From the UHGV virus genome UHGV-0253196: 64,000 bases of DNA; one strand, written 5' to 3'. Made by a program: the position numbers and the translations under genes. Shown one piece after another: positions 1 to 8,546 of this stretch; positions within the stretch are counted from its first letter, which is position 1, and every line of letters starts with the position of its first letter. The stretch is from a virus. The notes under the pieces were generated by a model, which was given only the letters and a program-made list of their open reading frames with translations, was not told the DNA's origin and did not search any database.

Positions 1-2906
1 GGCAAGGTAGTAGTATCAAGTTAGGTGTTGGTAAGTTTAGAAACGTTGCATACACTGTACCAATGACAGCAGAAGGTTCCTATACACGTCTGATATTTAG
101 ACCTAGAAATGGCACCATGGTGTTAAATAATATCCGGGTTACTGAAAAACCTTACGTTGATGATAACAAAGTAAGTACAGGTGTTCAATTAATAAATTCG
201 GATATGTTACCTAGTGTAAATAACAACGGTGTTACGATAAATAACAACGGTGATGGTAGTTTTACAGTCAAAGGTACTGCTACAGGATATATTACCAGTA
301 TCTATAATCTATCCTTATCACCCGGAACTTACTGTGTAAGCGGAAGGAAAAATAATACTCAATTTTTTATCCGTGTTAGCAAAGACGGTCAGAATTATGT
401 CAATTATACCAATTCTTTTGAGATAAAGGGTGACGAAGCCTGGGTGAAAGCCTTTATCCAAGTAGACAATGGTAAGACAGCAAACGACACAATATGGCCC
501 ATGCTTAATACAGGTTCCGTAGCAAAGCCATGGGAACCGTTCACACATGGTATTCCAGTGAAAGGACACGTAACACCGACTGAACCATTTGAACCTTATT
601 CAAAGGGCGCACCATCACCAAGTATAGAGTTTAGACAGCCGTTTCATAATGTAGGAGACCCGGTAAATTTAATCAAGTTAAGGTTATCATCTAAATCATT
701 AAACGGTATATCATACACCAACAACGGTGACGGAACGTTCAGTATTGTTGGTACTAACACTCTTGCCGCAGAAAACACCACTTTCAGAATAGACCAGACA
801 GATGGTAATACGTCTGATATAACCACTTACGAGCCGGGTTATTATTCAATGCATTTTGAAGTGTTGGAAGGGGATAACACATCAGAAGAAATAGGTCTTG
901 CGCTGTACTCACCCGGCATGAATAAGACATACGTGAGTGAAGCAACAACACCTATGTACGTGAGGGAGACAATCAAAGATGGAACTATAGTCCTTATCGT
1001 TAAAGGTGGTAAGACTGTAAATTCCAGAATAAGAGTACAGCTACAGAAGGGGTGTTTCTGTACAGACTGGAAACCTTATTCAGAAGGTGGTGTATACGAG
1101 TTCATCACCAGTAAGGGAAGACGTAACCTGTTATCACACACCAACATGGGTTACTACGGTTTTTACGCAACACAGTATTCACGTTTGGAACGTGTGCAGA
1201 CCCCTACTGATAAAAACGCTGTAAAAGCAATATGCACTAAAGCGGGACAGAATTACGGTATAAGAAACAGGGTACCAGACTTTAAGGCAAACACCATTAA
1301 ACCAAACACTATATATCAAGTGTCTTTTGATTACTACTTAAGCACAAACAACAATGTAGAGCTAAGGTGTGATTTACAGCGTGACAAAGATTGGGTCAAA
1401 GTTGTAGAATTTAATGCTAAGGCTACAGAAGTACAGAAGTGGAATAGTGTAGAATTTAATGCTAAGGCTACAGACTTTTTACAGATAAACACTGATTTAA
1501 TATTGACCTTATATGTAAGTAGTGGCAGTAATGCTGTAGGTGATTATATCACCATTCAGAATCTACAGTTACACGAAACAGACTTACCTAACGAGTGGGT
1601 GCCAGCGTTAGAAGACCATACAGCAGGAACACCAAACAATGATGATGTACAGTTATTTGACGCGTCACAGTTACGTCCTTTACACACAGATAAAACTACT
1701 GTGACAGTGGCAAGTAATGTTATCACCATAACCACTACAGAAGCGTGGGGTGGTGCTAAGTACGAAATCACAGAGTTAGTGAGAGGCAGAGAAGTATTTA
1801 TAAGTGGTGTTAAGAAGTCTGTAACGCCCGGTAGTACAGGAGAAACCGCATTGCAAGTTAAAATCACTAAAGCAGATGGCACCAAGTCATATACCTCAGA
1901 GGGACACAGTGTTGTAGTGGAAGACGATATTAAGTCTGCTATCGTTGAATTAGTAACTAATAATACCGGGTCAGACTTAGAAGCACCTAAAACGGCTACT
2001 TTCACTGATGTAATGTTGAACTTTGGTAACAGAGCATACCCATGGAGACCTTATGACCCGTCCACTGCAATAATACCAAAACCGGAATCAGTGAGTGATT
2101 ATATCCAGCGGGCAATGATTAATTTAACAGCACCTTTAAGAAGTTGTGGACTAATCAATCCTGTACGTGATAGAATTGTAAGGACAGGTACTAAAGACGC
2201 GTACAAGTGGAAAGTGCATAGACGTGTAGGTGTTCAAGTATTAAATGGTACTGAGAGTTGGGAAGTGTCTTTCGTGCAAGGTAGTTATATCCGTTTCGCG
2301 TTGATTAACAATGACCTGTACGATATTGCGGGGCCAAGAATGTGTGATGGTCTTCCTTATGAATCAGTGTATGACAACACTATGACACATGAGTGTGTAC
2401 ACAGCAGTTTAGAGGACGGTCGGATAGGAATAACAGTCCTTTTAAGCAGATTAGCAACGTCTGATGTAGCCGGGTTTAAATCGTGGCTGACAAGTAATAA
2501 TCTGACCGTGTTATATGGTAAAGCACAGATTGACTATGAAGACCTGGACGCAACGTCACAAAGACAACTGAGTGCGATAGAAGCATATAACAGTGAACAC
2601 ACAACCTATATGTATACCATGGATAGTGTGAATCCGGAACTGCTTGTAGAATACACAGGTTTTGGACGTTATCTGTTTATTGCAATGTTAGCGGCGGATA
2701 TAGAGCAGTTAAGGAATATGGACAATAGTGTTAAACTCGTAGAGAGGTTCTTAACACAGTTCGTACCGTACTATATAACACCTGTAGTAAGTGGTGAAGT
2801 TGCACAGCAAGAAATAACAGGTACACACCATATGGGTGTTATTGTCACTGAATCAAAGATATACACACTTGTACAGTACAGGTCAGATAACCTAACACCA
2901 CAGTAA
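1..2906 (+). CDS. tail fibre / receptor-binding protein, 5'-truncated (frame open from nt 3; track ORF 63..2906)
   Basis: The reading frame has no stop from the window edge and no RBS precedes ATG 63. Motifs of the form NNGDG(S/T)F(T/S)(V/I)xGT recur. The protein is large, beta-rich and Asn/Thr-rich, and sits just upstream of other fibre-like genes. Confidence 0.5.
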   Translation, partial: QGSSIKLGVGKFRNVAYTVPMTAEGSYTRLIFRPRNGTMVLNNIRVTEKPYVDDNKVSTGVQLINSDMLPSVNNNGVTINNNGDGSFTVKGTATGYITSIYNLSLSPGTYCVSGRKNNTQFFIRVSKDGQNYVNYTNSFEIKGDEAWVKAFIQVDNGKTANDTIWPMLNTGSVAKPWEPFTHGIPVKGHVTPTEPFEPYSKGAPSPSIEFRQPFHNVGDPVNLIKLRLSSKSLNGISYTNNGDGTFSIVGTNTLAAENTTFRIDQTDGNTSDITTYEPGYYSMHFEVLEGDNTSEEIGLALYSPGMNKTYVSEATTPMYVRETIKDGTIVLIVKGGKTVNSRIRVQLQKGCFCTDWKPYSEGGVYEFITSKGRRNLLSHTNMGYYGFYATQYSRLERVQTPTDKNAVKAICTKAGQNYGIRNRVPDFKANTIKPNTIYQVSFDYYLSTNNNVELRCDLQRDKDWVKVVEFNAKATEVQKWNSVEFNAKATDFLQINTDLILTLYVSSGSNAVGDYITIQNLQLHETDLPNEWVPALEDHTAGTPNNDDVQLFDASQLRPLHTDKTTVTVASNVITITTTEAWGGAKYEITELVRGREVFISGVKKSVTPGSTGETALQVKITKADGTKSYTSEGHSVVVEDDIKSAIVELVTNNTGSDLEAPKTATFTDVMLNFGNRAYPWRPYDPSTAIIPKPESVSDYIQRAMINLTAPLRSCGLINPVRDRIVRTGTKDAYKWKVHRRVGVQVLNGTESWEVSFVQGSYIRFALINNDLYDIAGPRMCDGLPYESVYDNTMTHECVHSSLEDGRIGITVLLSRLATSDVAGFKSWLTSNNLTVLYGKAQIDYEDLDATSQRQLSAIEAYNSEHTTYMYTMDSVNPELLVEYTGFGRYLFIAMLAADIEQLRNMDNSVKLVERFLTQFVPYYITPVVSGEVAQQEITGTHHMGVIVTESKIYTLVQYRSDNLTPQ
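1404..1474 (+). repeat. in-frame 45-bp tandem duplication (26-bp identical core GTAGAATTTAATGCTAAGGCTACAGA, twice) inside the tail-fibre gene
   Basis: Read directly from the sequence. It encodes VEFNAKATEVQKWNS followed by VEFNAKATDFLQIN. Confidence 0.6.
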
Positions 2907-2925
2907 AGAAAGGAGCGGTAAAGAA

Positions 2926-3861
2926 ATGGCAACATGGAGAACAGACTGTACGTTCATTACTAATGAAGGGTTAGCTTTAATAGCAAAACTCGCGTTAGGT
3001 GACAAGCAGTTAGAATTAACAAGGTCTGCCTTTGGTAGTGGTAGAGTACCAGAAGCTATGCTGGCAAGACAGACAGCCTTAACAGACGAGGTGAAAAACC
3101 TCGTCTTCACTGATAAGAGAGTGGTAGATAACAGCACCGTGATACAGACACAGATAACCAATGAAGGTGTTACCGCACAGACAAACATCAACCAGTTAGG
3201 GTATTTTGCAAATGACCCGGATAAAGGTGAGATACTCTATCTGATAACACAGTGTGACCAGGACACAGCAGATAAGTTACCAGCGTATGCAGATACTCCT
3301 ACGGTGCTGTCCTACAGCATACAGTTATTCCACGAAAATGGTGTGCAGATAAATGCTACTGTAGACCTTGCCGGGTATGTAAATAATATGCGGTTTAATG
3401 AGTATAAAGCCGAGGTAACAGAGACACTTAATAACTACGTGTTGAAGACCGGGACGCTTAACCTTAACACCGTGGAGTTTAGTATGGCTTCAAGTAAGGT
3501 TCTGCCCGTATCCGCAGAAACGTTACCAAATATTATCGGTAAGATAACAAAATACCTCCATGATTGGGAGCGGTCATATTTAATGACCCTACCAGCCTCT
3601 GGCTGGGCCGGTTCCGCTGATTCCGGGTGGACACAGCGGATAAGGGTAAGTGGTATAGATAACACCACAGATGAATATAAATTCTACAGGACAATACCAG
3701 ATGACGTGAACACACCGGCACTTGCAAAGACCTATAAGAAGTCTGCCGGGTTTGTTGATGAAATGTACCCTGTGAACGTGAGTGGCACAGTGTATGTAGA
3801 AGCAAAGTGTTGGAACAAAGTTCCTACAGTAAACCTTGTGTTTACACTAGAAGGGAGGTAA
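2926..3861 (+). CDS. hypothetical tail-associated structural protein
   Basis: RBS AAAGGAG precedes the start. It lies between two fibre-like genes. Confidence 0.4.
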   Translation: MATWRTDCTFITNEGLALIAKLALGDKQLELTRSAFGSGRVPEAMLARQTALTDEVKNLVFTDKRVVDNSTVIQTQITNEGVTAQTNINQLGYFANDPDKGEILYLITQCDQDTADKLPAYADTPTVLSYSIQLFHENGVQINATVDLAGYVNNMRFNEYKAEVTETLNNYVLKTGTLNLNTVEFSMASSKVLPVSAETLPNIIGKITKYLHDWERSYLMTLPASGWAGSADSGWTQRIRVSGIDNTTDEYKFYRTIPDDVNTPALAKTYKKSAGFVDEMYPVNVSGTVYVEAKCWNKVPTVNLVFTLEGR

Positions 3862-3866
3862 TCATT

Positions 3867-5000
3867 ATGAAGTATATAAATGCGTCTGGCGGTGGTGGAG
3901 GTGGTACTGGTTCTGATGATGTGACAGCACTCAACAAACACGTACTGGAACCGTACACAGCAGTAACAAAAGAGAGTGATGATGACCCCGCAAAAGGAAC
4001 TATGAAGAATTTAGTAGACCGGGCCACAATAACGCACACATCAGATAATGCAACAAAGGTGTTGTTAGCAGATGAAGCCTATATAGCAGAAAACTCAGAT
4101 GGTGTTAGACGTGTTGAGTTACGTTACAACGGTGATGAAGGTTTTATAAAGCCTAACACATTAGTTGCATACCCAGAATCACAAGCAGGAGCAAAGTTTG
4201 GTATTACAGCAGACAAGATAGCAAACGGTCAAGTAGTGTTGGGAATGACCGGGACGTATAAAGGTTTAGGTAATGCTACAGCCGCACAAGTCCTTAGTGG
4301 TTATTCGTTTTCTTCTGCCGCTTTAAGTAATGCCTCTGGTTCTATGCCAGATAGAGGTGCATGGGGTGCGACACTTGCAATCAACGGCAGTGTTACAATA
4401 CCTGCCGGGTATCACAATGGTTCTGGACGAATAACACAAAGTATTGCCACAAAAGGAGCAACCACTATAACACCCATGTCTGCACAGCAGACAGCCGTAA
4501 GTGCTGGCACCTATTGTAGTGGCAATATAATCGTTGCTGGGAACGGCAACTTTGTAGCAGGAAACATTAAAAAGGGAGTAAACATCTGGGGTGTGGTAGG
4601 AACTTTTGAAGGTTGGGTACCTACACCACAGGACTGGTATTACAACGGTGTAAACACCTATGGAGTAGGATGTAATAATGCATACTTCCGATTTGAGAAT
4701 ACCCGCATATACTGTTTTTCTACTTCGTCTTCTAGGGTAAATAGTATCCAATTCAGAAGAGCCTACAACGTACAATCGTATTCAAGACTTAATTTTAATG
4801 GACATTTTATAAGTAACGCGGTGACTATTAAAGTAGACTTAGGAGGAAGTAATATAAGCACCACAGTTACTAATGTACCAAATGGAGCGGGTTCTTTTAG
4901 TATTGATATATCACAGATATCCTCTTTTTCTGGTTCAGAAGTCCTATGGATACGTGACCTTAAAGAAGGTCTGTTCTTTAATAGAATATCACTATCTTAG
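3867..5000 (+). CDS. tail fibre-like protein with N-terminal poly-Gly (SGGGGGGTGSDD)
   Basis: RBS GGGAGG lies 8 nt upstream of ATG 3867. The glycine hinge and the Gly/Thr/Asn-rich C-terminus are typical of fibres. Confidence 0.45.
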   Translation: MKYINASGGGGGGTGSDDVTALNKHVLEPYTAVTKESDDDPAKGTMKNLVDRATITHTSDNATKVLLADEAYIAENSDGVRRVELRYNGDEGFIKPNTLVAYPESQAGAKFGITADKIANGQVVLGMTGTYKGLGNATAAQVLSGYSFSSAALSNASGSMPDRGAWGATLAINGSVTIPAGYHNGSGRITQSIATKGATTITPMSAQQTAVSAGTYCSGNIIVAGNGNFVAGNIKKGVNIWGVVGTFEGWVPTPQDWYYNGVNTYGVGCNNAYFRFENTRIYCFSTSSSRVNSIQFRRAYNVQSYSRLNFNGHFISNAVTIKVDLGGSNISTTVTNVPNGAGSFSIDISQISSFSGSEVLWIRDLKEGLFFNRISLS

Positions 5001-5039
5001 ACCTTTGCTTTTGAAGGTTGTGGTATCCATTACGTAAGT

Positions 5040-5102
5040 GTTTATTAATTAATCTCCATCTGTGTTGGTATCTACCATGCAAGTGGAGATTAATTAATAA
5101 AC
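5040..5102. terminator. bidirectional terminator: near-perfect 19-bp AT-rich palindrome (GTTTATTAATTAATCTCCA / TGGAGATTAATTAATAAAC) with a 25-nt loop
   Basis: Inverted repeat read directly from the sequence. It sits between the convergent genes 3867..5000(+) and 5516..5139(-). Confidence 0.6.
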
Positions 5103-5138
5103 GTCCATATTTTAATAACACACCCCAAAAGTTATAGG

Positions 5139-5516
5139 CTATTCTACATAGATGTGGTAAATCATTAGTTGGTTATTTGGGACATACCAATTTGAGACAA
5201 TTAACTCAAAAATTGAGGTTTGATGAAATGCGGATATATCTGTAATTATAAAGGTATCATCTTTATTGATAACGAAGTTATTGTAGTTTGCTATCTCTAC
5301 ACCATTAAGTTTTTCAATAAATTTAAATTTACCGATTGTGTCGGCGGACGTACATCTTGTCCTTATACAAAGTTTATTAAATGGAGAAAAATTAAATGCA
5401 GAACTTGCAGTTAATTTTACACTCGTTTTATACGGAATATTTAGTAGGATACACCCACTCTCAAATGTCACATCTTGTCCGCTAGTTACGTGTAGACCTA
5501 CTACGTTATTACCCAT
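5139..5516 (-). CDS. hypothetical protein, the only minus-strand gene candidate
   Basis: 125-aa ORF with a weak RBS. It is convergent with the fibre genes and shares the palindromic terminator. Confidence 0.3.
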   Translation of the reverse strand: MGNNVVGLHVTSGQDVTFESGCILLNIPYKTSVKLTASSAFNFSPFNKLCIRTRCTSADTIGKFKFIEKLNGVEIANYNNFVINKDDTFIITDISAFHQTSIFELIVSNWYVPNNQLMIYHIYVE

Positions 5517-5632
5517 CTTGTATAAGTCCCAAGAGCTAGGTACCCAACCTTCAAAAGTTCCTGTAATAGGAACTAGAAATGTGACTTAGAGTGTGGTATA
5601 ATGAAAGACATATGAGAAAGGAGGTTACAGCC

Positions 5633-6046
5633 ATGGACGGTGACGATATCGTAAAAGTAGTAGAAGGTGAGCCGATAGTGACAGACCCCTTAGACATATG
5701 GGTGTTAGACGACCCCGCCAGAAACGGTCACGGTGAAATAGTGTGTTTAAGAGAAAATTCCACAGGTGATGATTCCTTGACACACTACGTCATAGACCAG
5801 TCGCAAATGTTTGCGGGAAAGTGTGATGATTATATCTTAGGTTACTGTTACGAAGTGACGAAAGACAAAGACGGGAAAGTGTTACAGACCAGTGTGTATC
5901 CCTACAAAGACTGGGAGACACTGAACACTATTCAGAGACTTTGGGAAGAATCACAGCGCAACAAAAGAAATCTGGATATGACAAGTGAAACACTCGTTGA
6001 CCTTGACTACAGACAGACAATGATGGAGTTAGGTCTTACACCATAA
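5633..6046 (+). CDS. hypothetical protein
   Basis: RBS AAGGAGG lies 9 nt upstream of ATG 5633. An extended -10 (TGGTATAAT) is at 5593-5603. Confidence 0.5.
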   Translation: MDGDDIVKVVEGEPIVTDPLDIWVLDDPARNGHGEIVCLRENSTGDDSLTHYVIDQSQMFAGKCDDYILGYCYEVTKDKDGKVLQTSVYPYKDWETLNTIQRLWEESQRNKRNLDMTSETLVDLDYRQTMMELGLTP

Positions 6047-6067
6047 TATGAGGAAGGAGGTCTAAAA

Positions 6068-6253
6068 ATGCCGAGTGAAGTTACCTACAAGAATTGCAAG
6101 ACATTGTATATCTTGCGCAAGGAGAGTGGAGGTCTTACTGCTCAGTTTGTGGAACAGCAGAGCAATATCCTTGACACATTTTTAATGGCAGGACGTATCA
6201 CTGAAGAACAGTACACAGAACTGAACGGTATTCTCGCAAATACAGCACAGTAA
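6068..6253 (+). CDS. hypothetical protein
   Basis: Good RBS GGAAGGAGG. Confidence 0.45.
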   Translation: MPSEVTYKNCKTLYILRKESGGLTAQFVEQQSNILDTFLMAGRITEEQYTELNGILANTAQ

Positions 6254-6271
6254 AGACAGGAGGAAGGAACA

Positions 6272-6505
6272 ATGAAGTTAAGACCAAATATCAACAAAGG
6301 CTATGTCAATGCGGGGCCTGGAACACCAGATAAGAAACCTGGAACTGGTGTTGATGTGAAATCAACTCACGTTGCAAAAGACCCTTACACTGGTAGTAAG
6401 AATCCCGGTAAGGGAAAAGACGAACCGAACCATATTGAAGCTGGCCCTGGGGACGAACAGAAAAGACCCGGCACAGGCAAACCGAAAAAGCCCGTAAAGA
6501 AATAA
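6272..6505 (+). CDS. hypothetical Lys/Pro/Gly-rich protein
   Basis: RBS AGGAGGAAGG precedes the start. Confidence 0.4.
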   Translation: MKLRPNINKGYVNAGPGTPDKKPGTGVDVKSTHVAKDPYTGSKNPGKGKDEPNHIEAGPGDEQKRPGTGKPKKPVKK

Positions 6506-6582
6506 AAGACGGTCTTATACAAAAGACAAAGACGTGGAGGACACGTAAACCAGTATAAAGCGAGGTGATAAAGTTGATACAA

Positions 6583-6930
6583 ATGGAAACGTTAATCACA
6601 ATTATTTCCTTGATTGTAGCTGGTGTGTCTTGTATAGGCGGCCTTTACTTTAATACTCGTAATTCCAGCAAAGCTGATACAGACCGGGTGATTGAAGAAG
6701 CAAAAAAGGACGCTAAGTTGGAAGTAAAAATGGAGGAAGTTGTAAGGAGCAATGCTCAGTTGTCCACTGACGTTAAATCGTTACTGTCTGAATTTCAGAA
6801 GACCAGCGAAAGAATGGCATTAAACGAATCGTCTATGAGGTCTTTACACAAGCGCGTTGATTACCTTTTCGATAAGATGGGTATTGACCGCCGAATAACA
6901 GACACGGTGCCGGACAATAAGACAGTTTAG
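6583..6930 (+). CDS. membrane-anchored coiled-coil protein, possibly lysis-associated
   Basis: N-terminal transmembrane segment (LITIISLIVAGVSCIGGLYF) followed by a coiled coil. It lies immediately upstream of the holin. Confidence 0.4.
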   Translation: METLITIISLIVAGVSCIGGLYFNTRNSSKADTDRVIEEAKKDAKLEVKMEEVVRSNAQLSTDVKSLLSEFQKTSERMALNESSMRSLHKRVDYLFDKMGIDRRITDTVPDNKTV

Positions 6931-6945
6931 GAGGTGTAAAGTAAA

Positions 6946-7221
6946 ATGCAGACGCAGGATTTAGGACAATTCATTGTCGAGAATAAGCAGATTATCGTTC
7001 CTGTAGTGTACGTGTTAGGTATGTTCCTTAAGAAAACACCGAAAGTCCTTGATTGGATTATTCCGTGGATTCTTTTAGCAGTGTGCATTGCGCTGTCTAT
7101 CGGAATTGACCTGTATACACCAGAACCGATTAATTTTGCGGTAGCAATCATGCAGGGTATTCTCTGTGCGGGTGAAGCTGTCCTGGTTAATCAGTTAATC
7201 AAGCAGACGAAAAACAAATAA
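6946..7221 (+). CDS. holin (two transmembrane segments, charged C-terminus)
   Basis: 91 aa with two hydrophobic segments and a KQTKNK tail. RBS AGGAGGTG precedes it. It lies directly upstream of the endolysin. Confidence 0.6.
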   Translation: MQTQDLGQFIVENKQIIVPVVYVLGMFLKKTPKVLDWIIPWILLAVCIALSIGIDLYTPEPINFAVAIMQGILCAGEAVLVNQLIKQTKNK

Positions 7222-7225
7222 GCCG

Positions 7226-7258
7226 AAAGACCTGTACAGAAATGTATGGGTCTTTTAT
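7226..7258 (+). terminator. stem-loop after the holin gene
   Basis: AAAGACCTGTACA...TGTATGGGTCTTTT imperfect hairpin followed by a T-run. Confidence 0.35.
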
Positions 7259-7441
7259 GTTATGGGTGTTGTTTATGAAAATTGTATGTAACAAGAACTG
7301 TAGAAAGTGCGGAAAATTAAACGCAAAGACAGACGATAAAGGTTATCCATGGGCGTGGGAGTGCTTGAAATTTAATGAGCGCATACCACAGGAGAGATTA
7401 GAACGTTCAAAGACATTTGTAAGATAAGGAGAGTGTGTTTA

Positions 7442-8341
7442 ATGGCGATTTATGTATCTAAGGCACCGTTAGCCTATCCAATCATTCAGAAGGTCACAGA
7501 CGAGCATTTTAAGTGGCTGGATTATTGCGAGAAAGACTACCAGAAATATTTAGGAACCTATGATAACCCAGAAGATTATCAGCAACACGCCGGGGACGGC
7601 AATATGACCGTGTTTGCTAAACTGTACAAAGAGAAGACAGGTATTGATGTACAGGGACAGCCATGGTGTGACAGTTATCAAGACACTGTACTGATTCATC
7701 TGTTTGGTGTTGATAAAGCAAAGCAGTTATTAGGTGGTTTTAGTGCTTATACACCTACCAGTGCGAATTTTTTTAAACAGATGGGAAGATGGTTCAAAGA
7801 CCCTAATGTCGGTGTACAGGTTTTCTTTAAGAACAGTACACGTATATACCATGTAGGATATGTGTACGATTGGGACGAAAAATATATTTACACCATTGAA
7901 GGTAACACGTCTTCTGCACCGGGAGTTATTGCAAATGGCGGGTGTGTTGCTAAAAAGAAGTATTTAAGAACAGACCCCAAAATTGCAGGTTACGGATTCC
8001 CAGACTATTCTATTGTGAATGTGTTTGAAGAAGGTTGGGTACGTGCCGCAGACGGTGTACGCTGGTGGTATCAGACCAGAGAGGGCAAATATCCTGCAAA
8101 CGTGTGGTGTATTATCAATCACCACTGGTATCTGTTTGACAAAGAAGGTTATATGCTCACTAACTGGCACACATGGGACGGGAAGAATTGTGATGTACCG
8201 GGTGATGAAAACTGGTACTTCCTTGAAACTTCCACTAAACACAACCTTGAAGGTGCTATGTACGGTCAAAGACCAGATAGCGCAGTTGGTCTTTTATCCC
8301 CGCTTTACGTTAGTGACAGTAACTTGATTCCTGTCCCTTAG
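7442..8341 (+). CDS. endolysin: N-terminal CHAP/NlpC-P60-like amidase-peptidase plus C-terminal choline-binding-type cell-wall-binding repeats
   Basis: Catalytic Cys (QPWCDSY) and His (HVGYVYDW...TIEGNT) arrangement of a CHAP domain. The C-terminus carries W/Y/G repeats (WWYQTREGKY, NWHTWDGKN, NWYFLE). RBS AAGGAGAG lies 9 nt upstream of ATG 7442. Confidence 0.7.
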   Translation: MAIYVSKAPLAYPIIQKVTDEHFKWLDYCEKDYQKYLGTYDNPEDYQQHAGDGNMTVFAKLYKEKTGIDVQGQPWCDSYQDTVLIHLFGVDKAKQLLGGFSAYTPTSANFFKQMGRWFKDPNVGVQVFFKNSTRIYHVGYVYDWDEKYIYTIEGNTSSAPGVIANGGCVAKKKYLRTDPKIAGYGFPDYSIVNVFEEGWVRAADGVRWWYQTREGKYPANVWCIINHHWYLFDKEGYMLTNWHTWDGKNCDVPGDENWYFLETSTKHNLEGAMYGQRPDSAVGLLSPLYVSDSNLIPVP

Positions 8342-8460
8342 AAATACCCGCTGTGCGCGGGCGTGAGGCATAATTTATATAAATATATTTAATACACATA
8401 ATTAAATGTTTTATATATATATATATTTATTCTTTTCTTTGTAACACTTTCTTTTCTTAA

Positions 8461-8486
8461 GCCCGGTCTAACCCACCGGGTTTTTG
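8461..8486 (+). terminator. rho-independent terminator (GCCCGGT...ACCGGGTTTTT)
   Basis: GC stem followed by T5. Confidence 0.55.
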
Positions 8487-8546
8487 TTTGCAATAAAATT
8501 GATTCAGTGTTACACTATATCCAAAACTAAAACGAGAGGTGACGAA

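Noticed and set aside
318-3191. Several minus-strand ORFs (318..569, 644..826, 1556..2005, 2892..3191) inside the tail-fibre genes
   Set aside because: They are antisense to long well-supported + strand genes, have no RBS and are generally small.
7242-7427. 61-aa ORF between holin and lysin
   Set aside because: Its start overlaps the post-holin terminator hairpin and it has no clear RBS. It could still be a small lysis accessory, so it is left unannotated.
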